Shown here in pieces: positions 48,326 to 56,583 of a stretch of 64,000 nt of DNA. Position 1 is the first letter of the stretch, and each line of letters starts with the position of its first letter. The DNA is taken from positions 10,633 to 74,632 of the forward strand of contig JAGASR010000004.1 in assembly GCA_017621705.1 (NCBI GenBank), read 5' to 3'. The stretch comes from Clostridia bacterium (lineage in GTDB: Bacteria; Bacillota; Clostridia; Oscillospirales; UBA644). The translations under genes were made by a program, and so were the position numbers. The notes beneath the pieces were generated by a model that did not search any database, was not told where the DNA came from, and saw nothing but the letters and a program-made list of their open reading frames with translations.

Positions 48326-49339
48326 ATGGCTGAATTAAGTAAGTCCGAACTGATTTCTTATATACGTGAAGTTTTCAGATTGGAACACAAAAAAAATACT
48401 ATTTTAACTGAATGCAATAAAATTCAGGATGAAATAAATAAATTGAATGATAAGCCGTATCCTGAAAAACCATACTTATACCATTCTGATGCTCCCAAGC
48501 AACCGTCAAATGACATGCCAAAAGAAAAACAATATCTTCCGGGTTGTCTTTCGGTTATATTGGGTTATGTAGGCTTTTGTACGGTTATAGGTATTGGTGC
48601 ATCAATTATGACTGTATTATTACCTAATGCTACAACAGATCTTGTGTTCATACCTGCTTTAATTATATTAGGTGTTGCTGTTGTTTTATCCTTTTTGTTA
48701 GGTAAGGCTGTTAGGAATTATTTTAAACGCAAGTACGATAATGAGAAAGCAGCTGAATACAATAAGAAAATGGAAGAATATAACCAAGATGTTCAGATGG
48801 CGGAGAAAATATACCATTCGGATATCGCAGAATGGGAAAAGAAGTGTAGATTAGTTGATGAGGAAAATATAAGTAGACAATCTGCAAGAGTATATAAGAA
48901 TTCTATAAAAAATCAATTATTAAACATTGTTCCGGAAATTGATAAATCCTTGAATAAGCTGTATAGCTATGATATTCTTCATAGAAATTATCGTAATTAT
49001 AAAGCAGTGGGATATATCTTACTGTATTTTGAAACAGGACGAGTTGATACTTTAAAAGAAGCAATCAATAAGTATGAAGACGAGTTGTTTAAAGGTATGG
49101 TTGTAGAAGCATTAGATGAAATTGCCTTTAATCAGGAACTTACATATGATGCTATACGAGAGAATAACATGCTGATTCAAGGAGCTACAAGCAATATTGG
49201 AACAATTATTTCTCAGAATGAAAAGATTTCCGATTATCAGCAACTTGCGGCGGCAAACTCTAAGGATATCTTGGATTCTGTACAGAATATTGATTTCAGA
49301 CAGACGATCGAGATGTTAGACCGTTATGCTTCTAATTAA
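48326..49339 (+). CDS. Two-TM membrane protein with coiled-coil cytoplasmic regions, unknown function
   Basis: AAGGAG RBS. Two adjacent hydrophobic helices at about aa 75-125. Last gene before a strong terminator. Confidence 0.65.
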   Translation: MAELSKSELISYIREVFRLEHKKNTILTECNKIQDEINKLNDKPYPEKPYLYHSDAPKQPSNDMPKEKQYLPGCLSVILGYVGFCTVIGIGASIMTVLLPNATTDLVFIPALIILGVAVVLSFLLGKAVRNYFKRKYDNEKAAEYNKKMEEYNQDVQMAEKIYHSDIAEWEKKCRLVDEENISRQSARVYKNSIKNQLLNIVPEIDKSLNKLYSYDILHRNYRNYKAVGYILLYFETGRVDTLKEAINKYEDELFKGMVVEALDEIAFNQELTYDAIRENNMLIQGATSNIGTIISQNEKISDYQQLAAANSKDILDSVQNIDFRQTIEMLDRYASN

Positions 49340-49376
49340 CAATATCTATTAAAAATAAGCGTAAATAAACCAACAT

Positions 49377-49417
49377 AAGCATCGGGTACGAAAAATACCC
49401 GATGCTTTAAATTTTTT
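49377..49417 (+). terminator. Intrinsic terminator closing the cargo operon
   Basis: 12-bp stem aagcatcgggta / tacccgatgctt followed by a T-rich tail. Confidence 0.8.
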
Positions 49418-49516
49418 ATAAAACTATGCAACAAATCGACCTCTTTCGTGCGGATAGTTAGGTGAAAGGGAAAATCAAAGTCATTTGATTTCTATTATGG
49501 AGGGAGGTGTGAAATA

Positions 49517-49954
49517 GTGGAACCATCTTCTTCCGATAAGGAAACAATACAACATCAGTTTGATGCTTTTGCAAAGAAGAACCTTAAAGGTGAGGCTAGG
49601 AGTCTCTTTCGTGAACTGTATAAGCGCAGAAATAACGAAGTCTGTTTTTCTGATATGAGTGAAACGGAACTTAACGAGCTATATTGTTACGATGAGTATG
49701 ACCTGGCGCAGTACACCTTTAAGGTTCTTGGCTATGATGTAAATATAAAAGATGACCTTTTGGGCGAAGCATTGGAACTTCTGCCTGAGCGAAAGAGGGA
49801 TATTGTACTTATGTCATATTATCTTGAATTGAGTGATGCAGAGATTGGGAAAATGCTGAATGTTGTTCGCAGTACGGTGTTTCGAAACAGAAAGACCGCA
49901 CTTTCAAAAATTAAAAAGTATATGGAGGGAAATAAGACGGATGATGAATCGTAG
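49517..49954 (+). CDS. ICE-encoded sigma-70 family (ECF-like) sigma factor
   Basis: Region 4 HTH LSDAEIGKMLNVVRSTVFRNRKTALSKI. GTG start after GGAGGGAGG. Confidence 0.75.
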   Translation: MEPSSSDKETIQHQFDAFAKKNLKGEARSLFRELYKRRNNEVCFSDMSETELNELYCYDEYDLAQYTFKVLGYDVNIKDDLLGEALELLPERKRDIVLMSYYLELSDAEIGKMLNVVRSTVFRNRKTALSKIKKYMEGNKTDDES

Positions 49955-50180
49955 AAAAACTAACACTCTGTTGCCGTTCCCTGTAATTGCGGAGGCAACA
50001 AAAGGTAATGTTGATGCTTTATGCAAAGTTCTCGACCATTACGACGGGTATATAACGAAACTGTGTGTCCGCACTGTAAAGGATGATAAGGGTTGTTCGT
50101 ATTCTGTTGTTGATGAGGAAATGAGAAATAAACTCAGAGTACGGCTTATAATGAGAACTTTAGCTTTTCAGATAAGGTAG
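49941..50180 (+). CDS. Small helix-turn-helix/sigma-accessory protein
   Basis: 79-aa ORF from ATG 49941 (GGAGGGA RBS), overlapping the sigma gene end. This pairing is typical of Tn916-like regulatory modules, as I recall them. Confidence 0.5.
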   Translation: MMNRRKTNTLLPFPVIAEATKGNVDALCKVLDHYDGYITKLCVRTVKDDKGCSYSVVDEEMRNKLRVRLIMRTLAFQIR

Positions 50181-50644
50181 TTTAACATCAACTTAAGGTT
50201 GCAGTCTATTCCCTTTCCTGTGTCTTTAAGGATATTGAGAAGCATATTAGCGTAAGTTGATATGCTTTTCACATATAAAAAGAAAGCGATACAAGATAAC
50301 GGTATCGCAGTATAAAAATAATCGGAAACGTTCTTTTGCATTGAGCCGTAAGGAAAGTACGCCGAGACGTTGAACACCAACAGAGCGAGAAATACGAGCC
50401 TTAAAACAGATGTGGCAATCTGTCAGCGAAGATGATGTAAAAGTATAATGATACTCCTTTACAGCCATAGTTCGAGCGTTAAAAGCGTCGCAAACGATGG
50501 GTAGAGCTATATGAGAACCATATAGGGGTGAGATTCCCGTGAGGTCGAGCCAACGACCGTCCGGTTAGATATTTGTAAGTCCGAATAATGGACTTGCCAT
50601 TTTTCATATAAGTGTATTAGCTATATTGAAAGGAGGCTATACAT

Positions 50645-50794
50645 TTGGAAAAAAAAGATATATCCAAAGAAATATGTAGGAGTATTTTTAAAGGCGGCGA
50701 AAATACAACTACAAAAAGCCGATTTACAAAAAAGTGGATTGAGCTTATAAACATAATAGAAAAAGGCAAAAGTTTAAACTTTACAGGAAAATGA
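50645..50794 (+). CDS. Candidate 49-aa basic protein upstream of the recombinase
   Basis: TTG start 8 nt after GAAAGGAGG. Translation: MEKKDISKEICRSIFKGGENTTTKSRFTKKWIELINIIEKGKSLNFTGK. Not in the track because it is shorter than 60 aa. Confidence 0.4.
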   Translation: MEKKDISKEICRSIFKGGENTTTKSRFTKKWIELINIIEKGKSLNFTGK

Positions 50795-50822
50795 TGACAA
50801 GCGGTTTCGTCTGTGTTATAAT
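50794..50822 (+). promoter_or_regulatory. Sigma-A-type promoter for the large serine recombinase
   Basis: ATGACA, a 17-nt spacer ending in TGT, then TATAAT (50817-22). Lies ~40 nt upstream of AAGGAG and the ATG at 50865. Confidence 0.6.
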
Positions 50823-50864
50823 TTACAAGGAAACAGCTTGTTCTATCTCTAAGGAGATGTTAAT

Positions 50865-52421
50865 ATGAAAGTAGCTATTTATTGCCGCTTATCTGAAGAA
50901 GATAGACACAAGTTATCTGAAAATGATGATAGCAATAGCATTCAAAATCAAAAAGCAATGCTTACTCAATATTCAAATGATAAGGGTTGGGAGATTTTTG
51001 ATATTTACAGCGATGATGATTATACCGGTTCTGACAGAAACAGACCTGAATTTAACCGTTTACTTGAAGATGCTAAAAACGGCAGATTCGACATCATCTT
51101 ATGTAAGACACAGTCAAGATTCACTCGTGAATTAGAGTTGGTTGAAAAGTACATACATGGTTTATTTCCTTTGTGGGGGATAAGGTTTGTAAGTATTGTA
51201 GACAATGCCGATACGGATGTTAAGGGAAATAAAAAATCCCGTCAAATCAACGGACTTGTTAATGAATGGTATCTTGAAGACATGTCTGAAAATATCAGAA
51301 GTGTTTTGACAAACAGGCGTAAAAACGGATTTCATATCGGTGCGTTTGCTTTGTATGGTTATAAAAAAGACCCAAATCAGAAGGGACATTTGATTATTGA
51401 TGAAGAAGCTGCTACTGTGGTTCGTGAAGTCTTTAATTTATTTGTTCAAGGCTACGGAAAAACAGTTATTGCACGTATGTTGAATGATAGGGGGATACCA
51501 AATCCGACAGAGTACAAAAGATTAAAGGGGCTGCGATATCAACAACCCAAAAGGAAAAACAGTACTTTGTGGAAATATTCTGCGATTTCCGATATGCTGA
51601 TAAACGAGATTTATATCGGTAATATGGTTCAAGGGAAATACGGCAGTATTTCTTATAAAACTAAAATTAATAAGCCAAGACCAAGAAGTCAATGGTATAT
51701 TGTTGAAGGTACACATGAACCGATTATCGATAGAGAACTTTGGGACAGAGTTCAAGTTTTGGTTAAAGAACGGGCAAAACCTTTTGATACAGGAGAAGTT
51801 GGTTTATTTGCAAGGAAAGTCAGATGTGCTTATTGCGGTTATACGATGAGGTCTACAAAAAACGCTACCGGATTAAGAGCATTTAAATGCTCGAATAGGC
51901 ATGTTTCAAGGGATTCTTGTATCGGTTCTTATATTTCGCTGAATCGCTTGGAGGGCTATATTCTTAAAGAACTTAACCGGTTAGCTTCTGAATATTTGGA
52001 TAAAGACGAGGCTGAACAGAATATTGAGTTTTGCAATAATCTTAAGGAACAAAAATCAATTTTATCTTCGGATATTGAAATTTATCAAAAGAAGCTTGAA
52101 GATTGTACAAAAGGGCTCAGAGATATATATCTGGATAAAGTAAAAGGAATAATTTCTGAGTCGGATTTTATTGACCTATCCAAAGATTTCTCTGCTGAAA
52201 AAGAAAGGTTATCACATATTATTGCTGAAAATGAAAAGAAGCTTCTTGAAATAGATGATAAAATTTTGCTTGGGGATAACCGTAGAGAGATAATTGAAAG
52301 TTATGCGAATCTAGAGCATTTAAATCGGGAAATTGTTGAATTATTAATTGATCACATTAAGGTTTATAGACGTATTCCGGGTACTAAAGAAGTACCTGTT
52401 GAAATTCATTGGAATTTCTAG
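50865..52421 (+). CDS. Large serine recombinase (TndX/TnpX/SpoIVCA class)
   Basis: Catalytic motif AIYCRLSEED, a recombinase domain, a zinc ribbon CAYCGY...FKCSNRH, and a C-terminal coiled coil. The stop lies 27 bp from the element end. Confidence 0.93.
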   Translation: MKVAIYCRLSEEDRHKLSENDDSNSIQNQKAMLTQYSNDKGWEIFDIYSDDDYTGSDRNRPEFNRLLEDAKNGRFDIILCKTQSRFTRELELVEKYIHGLFPLWGIRFVSIVDNADTDVKGNKKSRQINGLVNEWYLEDMSENIRSVLTNRRKNGFHIGAFALYGYKKDPNQKGHLIIDEEAATVVREVFNLFVQGYGKTVIARMLNDRGIPNPTEYKRLKGLRYQQPKRKNSTLWKYSAISDMLINEIYIGNMVQGKYGSISYKTKINKPRPRSQWYIVEGTHEPIIDRELWDRVQVLVKERAKPFDTGEVGLFARKVRCAYCGYTMRSTKNATGLRAFKCSNRHVSRDSCIGSYISLNRLEGYILKELNRLASEYLDKDEAEQNIEFCNNLKEQKSILSSDIEIYQKKLEDCTKGLRDIYLDKVKGIISESDFIDLSKDFSAEKERLSHIIAENEKKLLEIDDKILLGDNRREIIESYANLEHLNREIVELLIDHIKVYRRIPGTKEVPVEIHWNF

Positions 52422-52449
52422 TTTGCTGTTCTTATGCAATCGCACCAGA

Positions 52450-52642
52450 ACAGAAAGCGCGCCTCGTTTACGATAACATCCTCCGCTTTGCCGATGATGC
52501 GGATGTCCGCGACCCGATACGTTTTCTCCGCGCCCGCGAAATTGTGCATTATCAGAGATTCGGCGAATGTTTAAGAATAGCGCAGGATAGGCTTAATTGC
52601 AAGAATTTCTATGCGATAAATCCTTCTTTTGATAAAAAGTAG
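52450..52642 (+). pseudogene. cotJC: cotJC 3' portion (last 63 codons plus the third base of the split Glu codon)
   Basis: ...(E)QKARLVYDNILRFADDADVRDPIRFLRAREIVHYQRF... continues the Mn-catalase/CotJC family sequence in frame with 24681-25087. Confidence 0.85.
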
Positions 52643-52652
52643 AATTAAAAAC

Positions 52653-52727
52653 GCTATTCTTAGTGCGCAGGACAGATTAAATTGTAAGAATTTCTATGCA
52701 ATCAATCCTTCTTTTGATAAGAAATAA
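52653..52727 (+). repeat. Second copy of the cotJC 3' end (last 20 codons plus stop)
   Basis: Encodes AQDRLNCKNFYAINPSFDKK-stop, identical in protein to the real end. It differs at 10 of 63 nt, all synonymous. It is in a different frame from cotJC. Confidence 0.8.
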
Positions 52728-52792
52728 TAGTTGAAGGGCAATTCTTAAGAATGCGTAAGAAGCAGTTCTTCTTGAAAAGACAGTCTGAACTA

Positions 52793-52882
52793 GCATTCTT
52801 AGTGCCCAAGGACAGATTAAATTGTAGGAATTTCTATGCAATAAAGTCCTCGCATGCTCGGTCCATCTTTTGACAAAAATAA
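52793..52882 (+). repeat. Third, degenerate copy of the cotJC 3' end
   Basis: gacagattaaattgtaggaatttctatgcaata... with a ~21-nt insertion before tcttttgacaaaaataa. Confidence 0.7.
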
Positions 52883-52898
52883 TTTAACATCAACACCT

Positions 52899-52927
52899 GA
52901 CCGGCAGATTTCTGTCGGTCTTTTTAT
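52899..52927 (+). terminator. Intrinsic terminator after the cotJC 3'-end copies
   Basis: gaccggcag / ctgtcggtc stem followed by TTTTT. Confidence 0.75.
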
Positions 52928-53032
52928 GCTAAACCGGAGATTTGACGGAACTTTTTGCCTCATTGATCGGTCTAATACAGTAAATCGGTAAAATATGTAA
53001 ATCGATATAAATTCAGAAGGGATAATGATGTT

Positions 53033-54187
53033 ATGAAAAAGATAATGTTGGTCTCAATTATTGTTATCGTTCTTATTCTTGCGGTGCTTTTTGTCCCGAT
53101 TCCCGGTGATATGTACAGAGACGGAGGCACGAGGGAATACGTCGCTTTGACATATAAGATCGTTGACTGGCACAGGCTTTACGATGTGCCCGGCGGCGAA
53201 GGCGGTCCCGTATACGAAAATACGGTCGTTTATTTCGGTGAAAATAAAAATAAGTCGATCGACGAACTTTGGCAGATGGAATCCGCAAAAATTGATATCA
53301 AGAATACGGATGATCCCCAAAATACAGAGGTCGATAACCCCGAAAAGCCCGAAATTCCCGAGTATAACGATGTCTGGCTCGATAAGGAAACCGCTGAAAA
53401 GCCCGAATACAGCCTTTTCGGAGATATTATCATAACCGAGATCTATTCGAACTGTTTCTTTGCGAGGACGGCAGTCCCGATGCCGTATCAGATCAAGCTC
53501 AACGGCGCTCTTTCCGATGAGTGGTGCGTCGGCGACCAGGTCGTTTGTACCTACGAAAATGCTTATTTTGACCGTCAGACACAGCGCATCGAAGTCGATT
53601 TTCTGACTGTTGAAGCAGGGGTATGGGAAGCGGAGCCGGATGTTTGTTATAAGCCCGTTATTTATCTTTACCCCGAAAAAGAGATTGATGTTGATGTTTA
53701 TTTGACATTGGACGGCGGTCTTACATGCACTTACCCTGCGTATAATGACGGTTGGCACGTTACCGCATCGCCCGAAGGCACGCTTACGGATAAAGACGGA
53801 CAGACGTATAATTATCTTTATTGGGAAGGCGAAACTTATGCAAAATACGGCTTTTCCGAGGGCTTCTGTGTAAAAGGCGAGGATACCGCAAAGTTCCTTG
53901 AAGATGCTCTTTCTGCACTCGGGCTGAATCGCCGCGAAGTGAATGAATTTATAGTTTATTGGCTTCCTCTGATGCAGGAAAATCCGTACAATATAATTTC
54001 GTTCCAGACCGATGTTTATACGGATGCCGCAAAGCTCGAGATCTTCCCCGAACCCGATACGCTTATCCGAGTTTTTATGGCATACAAAGCTTCTGACAGT
54101 TACGTTGAGATCCCCGAGCAAGTTCTCAATGCGCCCGAAAGAAACGGTTTTACTGTTGTCGAATGGGGCGGCACGGAAGTTAAATAA
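53033..54187 (+). CDS. Membrane-anchored hypothetical protein
   Basis: N-terminal TM helix with a 360-aa extracytoplasmic part. No recognised domain. Confidence 0.65.
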   Translation: MKKIMLVSIIVIVLILAVLFVPIPGDMYRDGGTREYVALTYKIVDWHRLYDVPGGEGGPVYENTVVYFGENKNKSIDELWQMESAKIDIKNTDDPQNTEVDNPEKPEIPEYNDVWLDKETAEKPEYSLFGDIIITEIYSNCFFARTAVPMPYQIKLNGALSDEWCVGDQVVCTYENAYFDRQTQRIEVDFLTVEAGVWEAEPDVCYKPVIYLYPEKEIDVDVYLTLDGGLTCTYPAYNDGWHVTASPEGTLTDKDGQTYNYLYWEGETYAKYGFSEGFCVKGEDTAKFLEDALSALGLNRREVNEFIVYWLPLMQENPYNIISFQTDVYTDAAKLEIFPEPDTLIRVFMAYKASDSYVEIPEQVLNAPERNGFTVVEWGGTEVK

Positions 54188-54316
54188 TAATAGAAGAGCC
54201 GCCGATAGATCAATTTATTGGCGGCTTTGTCATATTTGGTTGTGATGGTTGTCGAATGAACGACAAAATTATATGGTAATATGATCTTAACATCTGTATG
54301 AAAGAGGCTGATTTCT

Positions 54317-54646
54317 ATGTCCGTATTGATAACGACCGCTGTTTTGGGTCTGCTTCTTATAATTATCGGGATCTCGAACATGATGGGCAATATTTATTCT
54401 GTCCACTGGTATCACCGCCACAGAGTGACACCCGAAAACGTAAAACCGTTCGGGAAGCTTGTCGGTATCGGCACGGGTTTGATCGGAATTGCAATGATCA
54501 TTTTCGGTATTTTGCATCTTGTTTATCTTAAAACGCAGGCGGAATTGCTTTTGACGGTCGGTTCTGCGATTCTTATTATCTGCGCGATCATCGGTATCGC
54601 GATCAGTTTTTATGCGATGATAAAATACAATAAGGGGATATTTTAA
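54317..54646 (+). CDS. DUF3784-like small membrane protein
   Basis: Three TM helices and a NIYSVHWYHRHRV segment. Confidence 0.55.
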   Translation: MSVLITTAVLGLLLIIIGISNMMGNIYSVHWYHRHRVTPENVKPFGKLVGIGTGLIGIAMIIFGILHLVYLKTQAELLLTVGSAILIICAIIGIAISFYAMIKYNKGIF

Positions 54647-54647
54647 T

Positions 54648-54920
54648 ATGACTGAGAAAGAAACAAAAGGAGTCGTTCTGTCTGCAAAAAAACAGTGGTG
54701 GCTGAAAGTCAACACCAAAGCTATGAGGTCAGGCGCTCTTGACGGCGCGACTTTTCCGCATATTGTAAAAATATTGTATACAGTTGACGGCAAAGAATAT
54801 ATCGGGCGCAAATGGCTGAACGCAAGGGTAAGATGTCCTGCGGTCGGTGAGAGCGTTACTGTCTCTTACCGTGAAGATAAACCGTCAAAATTCAGTATTT
54901 CAATTGGTAAAGCATTATGA
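54648..54920 (+). CDS. Hypothetical small protein
   Basis: 90-aa ORF tightly packed between neighbours. Confidence 0.5.
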   Translation: MTEKETKGVVLSAKKQWWLKVNTKAMRSGALDGATFPHIVKILYTVDGKEYIGRKWLNARVRCPAVGESVTVSYREDKPSKFSISIGKAL

Positions 54921-55174
54921 AAAACAAGCCTTTTATTCGTAATCTTATCGCAGTTCTCGGGATCACGGTGTCGATTGCGGTGATCGTTTTGTCTGTTTTG
55001 CAGATTTTTGGCGTATGGCAGGATGCGCTGTATCTTATCATTCCGCTTCTCGTACTTAATCAGTTGGGCCTTGCATACGGTCAATGGGAACATAACAGAA
55101 AGATCGCATGGTTCAGCATTTGCGCCTCGGCAGTGATCTTTATCTGCTATATCGTCGTTTTGTTTATAAAATAA
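54917..55174 (+). CDS. Small membrane protein
   Basis: ATGA overlap with the upstream ORF. Three hydrophobic helices. Confidence 0.5.
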   Translation: MKNKPFIRNLIAVLGITVSIAVIVLSVLQIFGVWQDALYLIIPLLVLNQLGLAYGQWEHNRKIAWFSICASAVIFICYIVVLFIK

Positions 55175-55189
55175 TCGTGAGAGGAAATT

Positions 55190-56089
55190 ATGTTGATCGA
55201 TACAATAATTCACCGTCAGCCTATCGAAAAAGGTTGGTCGGGCGATAAAACATACCGTGTTACCGTTTCGGACGGCACAAAATATCTTTTGCGCATCTGT
55301 CCGCTCGAAAAATCTGAGCGAAGAAAACGTCAGTTTGAAAAAATGAAAGAGGTCTATGCTCTTGGTATTCCGATGCCGAAGCCTTTTGAGATAGGGATCT
55401 GCGATGACGGCGCTTATACGATCGAGAGCTTTATTGACGGTGTCGATGCCGAAGAGTATATCAACGGATCTTCTTTTGAAAAACAGTATTCCTACGGTCT
55501 TGACGCAGGCCGTATTCTTGCCCGAATGCATACTATCCCTGCGCCACCCGATGCCGAAAGATGGGATGTTCGTTTTAATGCAAAGATCGACCGTAAGATG
55601 GAAATGTATGAAAAATGCGAGTTGAAATACGATAACGGTCAGCCTTTTATCGATTATATCGCGGAAAACAGAAAATATCTTACCGACCGTCCGCAGACTT
55701 ACCAGCACGGTGATTATCATATCGGAAACATGATGATCGACAAAAACGGAGCTCTTAATATTATCGATTTTGACCGAGACGATCACGGCGATCCGTGGGA
55801 GGAGTTTAATCGAATAGTCTGGTGTGTTCCGAATATGCCGTATTTTGCAAGCGGCATGGTTGACGGATATTTTGATTTCGCTGTCCCTGCGGAATTCTGG
55901 AAACTGCTTGCGATCTATATCTGTTCAAATACGCTCAGTTCTCTGCCGTGGGCAATTCCATTCGGTGAAAAAGAAATAGCAACTATGAAAAATCAGGCGA
56001 ACGATGTTCTAAAATGGTATGATAATATGACGAAAGACGTGCCGAACTGGTATATCAGTCTCGAAAGGAACGAGAAAAATGACCGTTGA
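55190..56089 (+). CDS. Aminoglycoside/small-molecule phosphotransferase (APH) family kinase
   Basis: HGDYHIGNMMID catalytic loop and IDFDRDDHGDPWEEF. Confidence 0.85.
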   Translation: MLIDTIIHRQPIEKGWSGDKTYRVTVSDGTKYLLRICPLEKSERRKRQFEKMKEVYALGIPMPKPFEIGICDDGAYTIESFIDGVDAEEYINGSSFEKQYSYGLDAGRILARMHTIPAPPDAERWDVRFNAKIDRKMEMYEKCELKYDNGQPFIDYIAENRKYLTDRPQTYQHGDYHIGNMMIDKNGALNIIDFDRDDHGDPWEEFNRIVWCVPNMPYFASGMVDGYFDFAVPAEFWKLLAIYICSNTLSSLPWAIPFGEKEIATMKNQANDVLKWYDNMTKDVPNWYISLERNEKNDR

Positions 56090-56519
56090 TTACAGACAGA
56101 TGACTGCGGATGATATCGAGAAAGTCATACCTCTTTATATTGAATATTGGAACAGTACGGGCGATGAATGGACCCCCGAAACCGTTCACAGACGTATTTT
56201 TCAGGTTATCGGTTCTCCCGATTCCTATTGTCTTATTGCGGAGAGCGGCGAAAATGTCATAGGCTTTGCGATGGGACGTATGGAAACTTTCTTCGATCTT
56301 ACGGCGTATAACCTTGTGGAGATAGTAATAGCGTCGGAATATCAGAGAAAAGGTTACGGCTCTGCGCTCATGGCGGAGCTTGAAAAGAGGGTAGGGGCGC
56401 TCGGTGTATCGACCGTTCAGCTTGATGCCGTAAATGACGAAATGCATGAAAATTTTTATGGCAAGCTCGGCTATAAAAACGCTACGAATTTTGTCTCGAA
56501 ATTTAAATTTATCGGATAA
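56079..56519 (+). CDS. GNAT family N-acetyltransferase
   Basis: YQRKGYGSALM acetyl-CoA motif. 11-nt overlap with the kinase gene. Confidence 0.85.
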   Translation: MTVDYRQMTADDIEKVIPLYIEYWNSTGDEWTPETVHRRIFQVIGSPDSYCLIAESGENVIGFAMGRMETFFDLTAYNLVEIVIASEYQRKGYGSALMAELEKRVGALGVSTVQLDAVNDEMHENFYGKLGYKNATNFVSKFKFIG

Positions 56520-56583
56520 TTCGGCTTGACAACCGGAGTTTTATGGTGTAAAATATTGTCAAAAATATGACAGGAGTAATGCT

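Larger units (their letters stand above)
25088..52449 (+). mobile_element. Integrative conjugative element (~27.4 kb) with terminal large serine recombinase, inserted in cotJC
   Basis: GA is present at both junctions (25086-87 and 52448-49). The ends are imperfect inverted repeats (TGGCACGACC... and ...GCAATCGCACCA). The element carries T4SS, T4CP, relaxase and recombinase genes and is visibly AT-richer than its flanks. Confidence 0.88.

Noticed and set aside
39247-49435. 10-mer TTTGTTGCAT at 39247 and 39986 (direct) and 49426 (inverted), bracketing the recombinase gene and the cargo block like transposon ends
   Set aside because: It is only 10-12 bp in AT-rich DNA. A near-identical AGCGTTTGTTGC also occurs outside the ICE at ~24057. 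There are no flanking target duplications. Chance cannot be excluded without a genome-wide count.
50343-50377. gagccgtaaggaaagtacg... resembling a group II intron domain V
   Set aside because: The arms are not complementary over the required ~14 bp and there is no bulged hairpin. No flanking intron features are present either.
50247-50468. 73-aa minus-strand ORF in the non-coding segment before the recombinase
   Set aside because: It has no RBS and a Cys/Leu/Arg-rich, implausible translation. The region is better treated as a candidate RNA or regulatory segment.
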